DNA of 64,000 nucleotides from Candidatus Gottesmanbacteria bacterium (GTDB lineage Bacteria; Patescibacteriota; Microgenomatia; UBA10105; UBA927), in NCBI GenBank assembly GCA_903821745.1, contig CAIJMI010000003.1, positions 22,690 to 86,689 on the forward strand. The letters are read 5' to 3'. The position numbers and the translations under genes are program-made. Each line of letters opens with the position of its first letter. Position 1 is the first letter of the stretch. Under the pieces are notes generated by a model that was given only the letters and a program-made list of their open reading frames with translations, was not told the origin of the DNA and ran no database searches. Positions 57,678 through 64,000 of the stretch are shown here, piece by piece.

Positions 57678-57896
57678 TTACCTTACGCGATATGTAATTC
57701 TTCCTTTTGTTGCGTCATATGGGGTCATTTCAATTCTGACTTTGTCTCCTGGCATAATGCGAATATAGTTTAAACGCATCTTCCCGGACAAATGACACAA
57801 CACAATGACACTATTTGCCAATTTTACTCGAAACAATGTATTTGGCAAACACTCAAGCACTTCACCTTCAACTTCTATATTTCCCTGATGTGCCAT
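57678..57896 (-). CDS. infA: Translation initiation factor IF-1
   Basis: 72 aa S1-like OB fold ([20 protein letters not shown]). Confidence 0.95.
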   Translation of the reverse strand: MAHQGNIEVEGEVLECLPNTLFRVKLANSVIVLCHLSGKMRLNYIRIMPGDKVRIEMTPYDATKGRITYRVR

Positions 57897-57981
57897 AAAT
57901 ACGCAAAAAAAATAACTACCGCAAACGACATTGAGATTCCCAACTGTCGTACTTAAGCGGGTGTTAGTGCTTTATTTTACC

Positions 57982-58752
57982 TTAAATATCTGATTTGGTC
58001 AACACGTCGGTTTTATCTTCCCCAATTGCGATGGTATGCTCAAATGTTGCGGTCAGTGACCGATCCTTTGAGGCTAGTGCCCAACCGTCATCATTGATGT
58101 ATTCAATCGTGCCCCGGCCTGCCGCATAGATAACCTCAATTGCAAGTGTCATGCCTGCTGTTAACAACGGGGTTCTACTAATATCACCACGGACGAATTC
58201 CGGTATCATTGGCTCCTCATGAAGCTTTTTTCCTACCCCGTGCCCCGTAAGGTCTTTAATAACACTATATCCCGCTCCTTCAATTTCTCGTTGAATAACA
58301 TCTGAAATATTGCCTATCCGATTTCCGGGCCGTGCGACAGCAATTGCTTTCCATAAGGTATTTGACCCCGCATTCAAAAATCGTTGTTTTTCTTCACGTT
58401 TTTCTTGACTATCACCAACAATTTTACTCCATGCTGTATCCGTATGAAGCCCCTCATAAATCATCCCAATATCGATCGTTAACACATCTCCGTTTTTTAA
58501 TTGGTATGCTGAAGGGATGCCATGGACAACAACGTCGTTTATACAAAGACACGTTGCCCATTTATAATCAGAAACGGTGGAAAATGATGGAAGACCACCT
58601 ACTTCTTTAATTCGCTTTTGTGCTTGTTCTTCCAAATCCAAAAGCCGCACTCCCGGCTCTGACATAATAAGAAGTTCTTGCAAAATCCGACCTATTTTTT
58701 GTCCCCCCACGTTCATGGAATAAATTTCTGCTGGTGTTTTCAACACTGTCAT
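57982..58752 (-). CDS. map: Methionine aminopeptidase, type I
   Basis: 256 aa pita-bread fold with the conserved metal ligands in their expected positions. Confidence 0.9.
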   Translation of the reverse strand: MTVLKTPAEIYSMNVGGQKIGRILQELLIMSEPGVRLLDLEEQAQKRIKEVGGLPSFSTVSDYKWATCLCINDVVVHGIPSAYQLKNGDVLTIDIGMIYEGLHTDTAWSKIVGDSQEKREEKQRFLNAGSNTLWKAIAVARPGNRIGNISDVIQREIEGAGYSVIKDLTGHGVGKKLHEEPMIPEFVRGDISRTPLLTAGMTLAIEVIYAAGRGTIEYINDDGWALASKDRSLTATFEHTIAIGEDKTDVLTKSDI

Positions 58753-59435
58753 ACCAGATGCCTTCTCTCTAACTCTTTTTTAATCACATCCACCACTTCT
58801 TCTTGAGACCAATGTGTAGAATCAAGTTCCCATGAATCAGAAAGTTTTTGTAATGGATCAGTTGCCCGTTCCATATCTTGTTTGTCCCGTGATTTTGTTT
58901 CTTTAACCACTTCTTCCATCGGTACATCAATCCCCTTAAGTTTCCATTGTTCATACCGACGTTTTGCACGTTCTTCGAGTGATGCAGTTAAAAATATTTT
59001 CAGCTGTGCATTGGGTAATACCCGCAGTCCAATATCTCTTCCCTCCATTACAACAGGCTGATCATCGGCTAGTTGTTGTTGACGAGTTACCATGACTTTA
59101 CGCACATTCGGATAGACACTCACATCTGATGCACCACTTGCTGTATCTGGCTCCATAATCCGTTCTGTTACATCTTCGCCGTTTAACTTCGCAAGGAATG
59201 TTTCTTTACTTCCTTTTTCAGGACGAACAAGTTCTATATGACTTTTTTCTAATACAGCAAATACTGCTTTTTCGTCTTTGAATGACACATCTTCTTGAAT
59301 GCACGCAAGTGCAAGCATACGATACATTGCACCAGTGTAGATATATAAAAGATGTAACTCTTTTGCGAGTCTTGCTGCGATATCTCCTTTTCCTGCAGCT
59401 ACTGGTCCATCGATAGCAATCTGTAATGCGCTCAT
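58749..59435 (-). CDS. cmk: Cytidylate kinase
   Basis: 228 aa. P-loop IAIDGPVAAGKG and a CMP-binding region. Overlaps adj. map and adk by 4 nt each. Confidence 0.78.
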   Translation of the reverse strand: MSALQIAIDGPVAAGKGDIAARLAKELHLLYIYTGAMYRMLALACIQEDVSFKDEKAVFAVLEKSHIELVRPEKGSKETFLAKLNGEDVTERIMEPDTASGASDVSVYPNVRKVMVTRQQQLADDQPVVMEGRDIGLRVLPNAQLKIFLTASLEERAKRRYEQWKLKGIDVPMEEVVKETKSRDKQDMERATDPLQKLSDSWELDSTHWSQEEVVDVIKKELERRHLV

Positions 59436-60025
59436 ATTTTTTTTGTTTCCTCAACTGCTTTCATAATATCATTATGCACTTCTTCAATACTTCTATTTGC
59501 GTTAATATGGACAAGTTTTACTCCTGATTTTGTGTAGTAATCCAATACTTCTTTTTCTCCTTCTTTATAAATAGCAAGTCTGCTCTTTATCCGTTCCGGT
59601 GAGTCATGAAGTTCTGTACTTCCCGGATACATTGGGCGGCCTCGTTTTATCAACCGATCGTATGACACATCTTCCGGAAGATCCAAAAAAATAACGAGTT
59701 CCACTTTATATCCATATTTATCAATCTTATCATCCAAAAATTTTACCTGATCCACGTTTCTTGGATATCCATCCATAATCCACGCACCTTTTGCATCATC
59801 TTCCTTGAGTCTCCATTTCCATAATACTTCCATTTCAGAATTTGCAACGTATTTGCCTTCATCAAGTGCTTGCTTACACACGGCACCGATAATACCTTTA
59901 TCATTTGCTGCTGCATCACGCACTAAATCACCACTGGTAAGAATAGGAATTTTTAATTCATCTGCCAACAGTTTTGCTTGTGTTCCTTTACCAGACCCTT
60001 CCGGACCAAAAAAAACAATATGCAT
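59432..60025 (-). CDS. adk: Adenylate kinase (short form, no zinc lid)
   Basis: 197 aa with P-loop GPEGSGKGT. Confidence 0.9.
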   Translation of the reverse strand: MHIVFFGPEGSGKGTQAKLLADELKIPILTSGDLVRDAAANDKGIIGAVCKQALDEGKYVANSEMEVLWKWRLKEDDAKGAWIMDGYPRNVDQVKFLDDKIDKYGYKVELVIFLDLPEDVSYDRLIKRGRPMYPGSTELHDSPERIKSRLAIYKEGEKEVLDYYTKSGVKLVHINANRSIEEVHNDIMKAVEETKKI

Positions 60026-60111
60026 GCCATATTAGACTCACCACTTACTTCAAAAACACAAAAAATTAACTTCTTGTATTTCTCTCGTAAATGGTAAGAA
60101 TCCTTTGAAAA

Positions 60112-61401
60112 TTAATCCTTTAAATAGCCGTCATAGTTTCGCATGACGAGCTGCGCTTCTAATGTTTTTACTGTTTCAAGTACAACCGATACAACGATCA
60201 AAACACTTGTTCCTCCAATAAGAAGTGTTGTCATCCCTGTTAGACCCCTGGCAAGAGATGGCAATATTGCAATCATCCCAAGAAACACAGCTCCTGCAAG
60301 AGTAATTCTTGTTAAAATATAATTTAAATATGCTGCCGTCGGGCTTCCGGGACGAATACCTGGAATAAAGCCACCGTACTTTTGAATTTCTTCAGAAATC
60401 TTTTTCGGATTGAAGGTGATTGCGGTGTAGAAATACGTAAACCCAATAACAAGTACAAAATAAAAAATGTTGTAAAACGCGCCGTTTGGATTAAAAAGAT
60501 ACGTCAGTCCATTTCCTAAACTGGCAAACGCGGGATTTGGAAGCTGTTTCAAAAATCCTCCAATAAGTGATGGAAGTAGCACCATGGAGACAGCAAAGAT
60601 AATTGGAATCACCCCTGCCTGATTCACGCGAAGCGGTAAAAATGATGCACCACCACCATAAATTTTATTTCCCCGTACACGTCTGGCGTATTGTACTGTT
60701 ACTTTTCTCACTGCTTCATTCACAATAACTGTGGCTGCAATAACAACAAATCCGAGCGCCAATACAAATATCATATTCATAACAGATTCAGATGTTGCAG
60801 CTGTAAATGCCTGTCCAAACGTTACTGGCATTCTTCCAACGATACCCGCAAATATCAAAAGGGAAATTCCATTCCCTATACCATATTCCGTAATAAGTTC
60901 ACCAATCCACATCACAAACATGGTTCCAGCAGTCATCGTCAAAATAATCGTGATAAATGTCAATGGATCAACAGTTAAAATCATTTGTTGATTCCGAAGT
61001 AACGCAACCATACCGATGGCCTGAATTGTTGCAAGCGGTACGGTTAGAAAACGTGTGTATTGATTAATCTGTTCTCTTCCCGATTCCCCTTCCTTTGCCA
61101 GCTCCTCCAGTTTTGGAAAAACGATTTGAAGAAGCTGCAGAATAATGGATGCGTTGATGTACGGGTTAATACCGAGCGCAAGAATAGAAAAATTTACTAA
61201 GGTTCCTCCAGAAAAAACATCCAAGAGTGCTAAGAATTGATTTTGAGAAAACAACACGGCAAGTTTCGTTGTATCAACGCCAGGAATTGGAATGTGTGCA
61301 AACATTCTAAATATGATAAAAAGACCGGCGGTAAGCAAAATTTTCCTTCGAAGTGCAGGCGTTTTCCAACTGGATATCAGTGGTGCAAGTAGCGTATTCA
61401 T
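60112..61401 (-). CDS. secY: Preprotein translocase subunit SecY
   Basis: 429 aa, 10 TM helices, conserved SecY plug and hinge regions. Confidence 0.95.
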   Translation of the reverse strand: MNTLLAPLISSWKTPALRRKILLTAGLFIIFRMFAHIPIPGVDTTKLAVLFSQNQFLALLDVFSGGTLVNFSILALGINPYINASIILQLLQIVFPKLEELAKEGESGREQINQYTRFLTVPLATIQAIGMVALLRNQQMILTVDPLTFITIILTMTAGTMFVMWIGELITEYGIGNGISLLIFAGIVGRMPVTFGQAFTAATSESVMNMIFVLALGFVVIAATVIVNEAVRKVTVQYARRVRGNKIYGGGASFLPLRVNQAGVIPIIFAVSMVLLPSLIGGFLKQLPNPAFASLGNGLTYLFNPNGAFYNIFYFVLVIGFTYFYTAITFNPKKISEEIQKYGGFIPGIRPGSPTAAYLNYILTRITLAGAVFLGMIAILPSLARGLTGMTTLLIGGTSVLIVVSVVLETVKTLEAQLVMRNYDGYLKD

Positions 61402-61436
61402 GTGAACACAATCTACAATACTACGAACAGCCGGTA

Positions 61437-61868
61437 TTATTCAACAACCACTTTTCCACCAGCAGCCGTAATGAGTTTTGTGCTTCCTTTTGAGCAGGCA
61501 ACATGAACAACATATGCATGCTCAACTTTTGCTTTACCAAGTATTTTAATTCGCGTTGCTTTTTTAGATACAAATCCTAGCTTAACCAGTATTTCTTTTG
61601 TAATGTCCCCTGCAGGAAGTGTAGAAAGACGTGTAAGTTGCACTTCTGATACACCATCTTTTTGAGATGCATTTCGCATTTTTCCTCGAAGCAGAGGAAG
61701 TCTCTTTATCAGAGACAATTGTCCGCCTTCAAAACCAATTGGCATATGGTCACGCGCATTTTGGCCTTTGGTTCCCCGACCCGATGTTTTTACTTTTCCG
61801 GAACCGTGTCCACGGCCAATGCGTTTTTTTGTGCGTTTTACAATAGATGGAAATTGTGCGAGTTTCAT
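61437..61868 (-). CDS. rplO: 50S ribosomal protein L15
   Basis: [23 protein letters not shown]15 N-terminus. Confidence 0.9.
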   Translation of the reverse strand: MKLAQFPSIVKRTKKRIGRGHGSGKVKTSGRGTKGQNARDHMPIGFEGGQLSLIKRLPLLRGKMRNASQKDGVSEVQLTRLSTLPAGDITKEILVKLGFVSKKATRIKILGKAKVEHAYVVHVACSKGSTKLITAAGGKVVVE

Positions 61869-61881
61869 AGATTCTTTTTCC

Positions 61882-62346
61882 TTACTTTCGAATATGAATA
61901 ATTTTTAATTTCTTCAGCGCTTCCATCGTTGCATAGACATTCGATGCTTGATTCTTGCTACCAAGAATTTTTGATACCACATCTTTCACTCCTGCTGCTT
62001 CCATGACAGAACGCACTGCTCCACCTGCAATAACTCCGGTTCCTGGTGGTGCGGGCTTAATCAAAATCATCGCAGCTCCTCGTTTAACCAATACTTCGTG
62101 AGGAATTGTTTTATTGTGCATTGGTACCAAGATCATGTGTTTTTTTGCATAAATAACTGCTTTTTTGACAGCACTTGAAACATCTGGAGCACCGCCAAGT
62201 CCAACTCCGACACGTCCTTTTTTATCTCCGACAACAATCAAAACGGAAAATCCAATTTTATTTCCGCCTTTTGTTTTTTTGGAAACGCGGTTTACTTGAA
62301 CAACTTTTTCATCAAATTCTGATGGTGCACGACGATTATCTATCAT
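61882..62346 (-). CDS. rpsE: 30S ribosomal protein S5
   Basis: 154 aa with the S5 dsRBD and C-terminal domain. Only a 13-nt gap to rplO, so no L30 gene. Confidence 0.9.
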   Translation of the reverse strand: MIDNRRAPSEFDEKVVQVNRVSKKTKGGNKIGFSVLIVVGDKKGRVGVGLGGAPDVSSAVKKAVIYAKKHMILVPMHNKTIPHEVLVKRGAAMILIKPAPPGTGVIAGGAVRSVMEAAGVKDVVSKILGSKNQASNVYATMEALKKLKIIHIRK

Positions 62347-62681
62347 ATCGTTATTCCTCCCTCACGGACCGTATCTGCTACCATTTTCACGACACCGTGA
62401 TATTTATATCCTCCGCGATCAAATACCATCGTTGTTATGTGTTTTTCTTTTGCTTTTGCAACCACTGCTTCGCCAATTTTTTTTGCGTGTGCCATATTTT
62501 TTCCATCGCCTTGAACGGAAAATACTGTCACTTTTTTTACATCATCAACGACCTGCACATCAATTGCTTTGTTTGATCGATAGACAGAAAGTCTTGGTCG
62601 ATCTCCTGTGCCGCGAACTTTTGCACGAATTCGTGCAACACGTTTTGATTGAATCAGTTTTTTTGATTTTCGTTTTATCAT
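62343..62681 (-). CDS. rplR: 50S ribosomal protein L18
   Basis: 112 aa, L18 signature RLSVYRSNKAIDVQVVDD. Confidence 0.9.
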   Translation of the reverse strand: MIKRKSKKLIQSKRVARIRAKVRGTGDRPRLSVYRSNKAIDVQVVDDVKKVTVFSVQGDGKNMAHAKKIGEAVVAKAKEKHITTMVFDRGGYKYHGVVKMVADTVREGGITI

Positions 62682-62693
62682 AGTACTACTCCC

Positions 62694-63254
62694 TTATTTT
62701 GCGCCACCCGCTCCGCCGATTGCTTTTGCTGATTTTCCTGCTTTCTTTCGAATGTGTTCACCGACGTATTTAATTCCTTTTCCTTTATATGGTTCTGGTT
62801 TTCGAACTTCTCTGATATTTGCTGCAATTTGTCCGACAATTTGTTTATTAATACCGGATACAACAATTTTTCCTTCAACAACGGCAAGTGTTATTCCTTC
62901 TGGAGGAACAATCGTTACCTGATGAGAAAATCCAACTGACAATACTAAATTGTTTCCAGACATTGTCGCTCGATATCCAACTCCGGCAAGTTCTAATGTT
63001 TTTGTCCATCCAGTCGTAACACCAACAAGCATGTTTGCAAGTTCTGCGCGGACAAAACCATGCAGTGCATTATATTTTGTATCCTGTTTTACACATTCGA
63101 TGGTGATTTCTTTCTCACCCGTAACAACCGTAATGTTTTCTGGAAGTGTGAGAAAAAGTTGCCCTTTTGGTCCTTTCACCGTCACGTTTTTCCCTTCAAC
63201 GGTGATGGTTGCTTCTTTTTTTGTTTCAATTGGTGATTTTCCTATTCGTGACAT
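62694..63254 (-). CDS. rplF: 50S ribosomal protein L6
   Basis: MSRIGKSPIETKK start at ATG 63254. Two L6 repeats. The ORF track start 63311 is a spurious extension. Confidence 0.9.
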   Translation of the reverse strand: MSRIGKSPIETKKEATITVEGKNVTVKGPKGQLFLTLPENITVVTGEKEITIECVKQDTKYNALHGFVRAELANMLVGVTTGWTKTLELAGVGYRATMSGNNLVLSVGFSHQVTIVPPEGITLAVVEGKIVVSGINKQIVGQIAANIREVRKPEPYKGKGIKYVGEHIRKKAGKSAKAIGGAGGAK

Positions 63255-63273
63255 ATATTTCTTGCCTTCCGTA

Positions 63274-63654
63274 TTACCAAATTTCACACAATAATTCTCC
63301 GCCAATGCCAAGTTTCTTTGCAGCGCGTCCTGTCATCATTCCTTTTGATGTTGAAAGGATTGCTGTTCCCATTCCGGAAAATACTTTCGGTATTTCATTT
63401 TTATCGATATACCATCGCAGTCCCGGTTTGCTGACTCGTTTGACTCCTGAAATGGCAGACGGCTTCAATACCATATGAAGAATAAATTTTGGCATGACTC
63501 CATTCTTTTTGAAACTTTCGATATATTGTTCTCCCACAAGAATTTCCGCGAGTGCTGCTTTCATATTTGAATATGGAAGATCTACACTCTTTCTTCCCGC
63601 AGCAGCGGCATTTTTTATTTGAATTAACATGTCTCCAATAGGATCATTTACCAT
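63274..63654 (-). CDS. rpsH: 30S ribosomal protein S8
   Basis: 126 aa; DPIGDMLIQIKNA S8 N-terminus. Confidence 0.95.
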   Translation of the reverse strand: MVNDPIGDMLIQIKNAAAAGRKSVDLPYSNMKAALAEILVGEQYIESFKKNGVMPKFILHMVLKPSAISGVKRVSKPGLRWYIDKNEIPKVFSGMGTAILSTSKGMMTGRAAKKLGIGGELLCEIW

Positions 63655-63667
63655 AATGTATTCCCCT

Positions 63668-63853
63668 TTACCACGATGCCTTTACAACTCCCGGCAATTC
63701 GCCTTTATGTGCAAGATCTCGAAAACAAATCCTGCAAATACCGAATTTTCGAATATATGACCGTGACCGCCCACACAAGTTACAGCGGTTCTTATGCCGA
63801 ACTGCAAACTTTTGTTTTTCATCAAATTTAACGACGTCAGATGTTTTAGCCAT
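63668..63853 (-). CDS. rpsZ: 30S ribosomal protein S14, type Z (zinc-binding)
   Basis: 61 aa from ATG 63853: [10 protein letters not shown]...[38 protein letters not shown] with CxxC...CxxC. The ORF track start at 63871 is a TTG. Confidence 0.9.
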   Translation of the reverse strand: MAKTSDVVKFDEKQKFAVRHKNRCNLCGRSRSYIRKFGICRICFRDLAHKGELPGVVKASW

Positions 63854-63860
63854 AGTCTCC

Positions 63861-64000
63861 TTATACTGCAAACGGTAATCCTAACAATTTTAATAATAAT
63901 TTTGCTTGTTCATCAGTCTCTGCACTTGTTACGAATGTTGCTTCAAATCCCCGAACGTGATCAACGATTGCGTATTCAAGATCTGGAAATATTGTCTGTT
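63861..64000 (-). CDS. rplE: 50S ribosomal protein L5, C-terminal part (continues beyond window)
   Basis: Minus-strand frame ends ...[42 protein letters not shown]-stop (TAA at 63863..63861), an L5 C-terminus. Confidence 0.8.
   Translation of the reverse strand, partial: QTIFPDLEYAIVDHVRGFEATFVTSAETDEQAKLLLKLLGLPFAV

Noticed and set aside
1-64000. Search for CRISPR arrays, restriction-modification, toxin-antitoxin, transposases or integrases
   Set aside because: I found no direct-repeat or spacer periodicity, no Cas-like ORFs, no DDE or tyrosine-recombinase motifs, and no methyltransferase-endonuclease pair. The window appears to be core chromosome.

Overview
This 64 kb window is AT-rich and densely packed with housekeeping genes, about 85% of them on the minus strand. 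No similarity searches were run, so every identification rests on motifs read from the ORF translations, and all DUF and family names are from memory.

The gene complement looks like a small-genome, probably anaerobic, Patescibacteria/CPR-like bacterium (inference):
- Translation, transcription and RNA metabolism: serS, lysS, gltX, a short AspRS, two GreA paralogs, Lon, RNase Y, HU, RecA-RecX, RecJ, the CCA-adding enzyme and MiaA with a MiaB-like enzyme.
- Protein export and GTPases: SecD/SecF, Era and EngB.
- Ribosomal cluster: a long minus-strand run from rplE (partial) through rpsZ, rpsH, rplF, rplR, rpsE, rplO, secY, adk, cmk, map, infA, rpmJ, rpsM, rpsK, rpsD, rpoA, rplQ, rplM and rpsI. 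It has no L30 gene between rpsE and rplO.
- Iron-sulfur and redox metabolism: a ferredoxin followed by a two-subunit 2-oxoacid:ferredoxin oxidoreductase, a SUF operon preceded by an Rrf2 regulator, and a rubrerythrin-Bcp-GreA2 operon.
- Cell envelope: a D-Ala-D-Ala ligase-like ATP-grasp protein, a DD-carboxypeptidase and a class A beta-lactamase-like protein.
- RNA genes: two tRNAs, tRNA-Glu(CUC) and tRNA-Pro(GGG), and an RNase P RNA gene. The ORF track covers the RNase P RNA with spurious ORFs.

The ORF track misses two small genes, rpmJ and a 46-aa zinc-ribbon protein.

The most unusual items:
- a membrane-anchored cytochrome b5-like haem protein encoded with a His-containing small membrane protein;
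- a frameshifted AlkD-like glycosylase gene;
- a stand-alone RRM protein translationally coupled to a DEAD-box helicase;
- a 352-aa orphan protein;
- a ferredoxin with only three Cys ligands;
- a GreA paralog co-transcribed with peroxide-detoxification genes.

I found no CRISPR array, no mobile element and no defence system.
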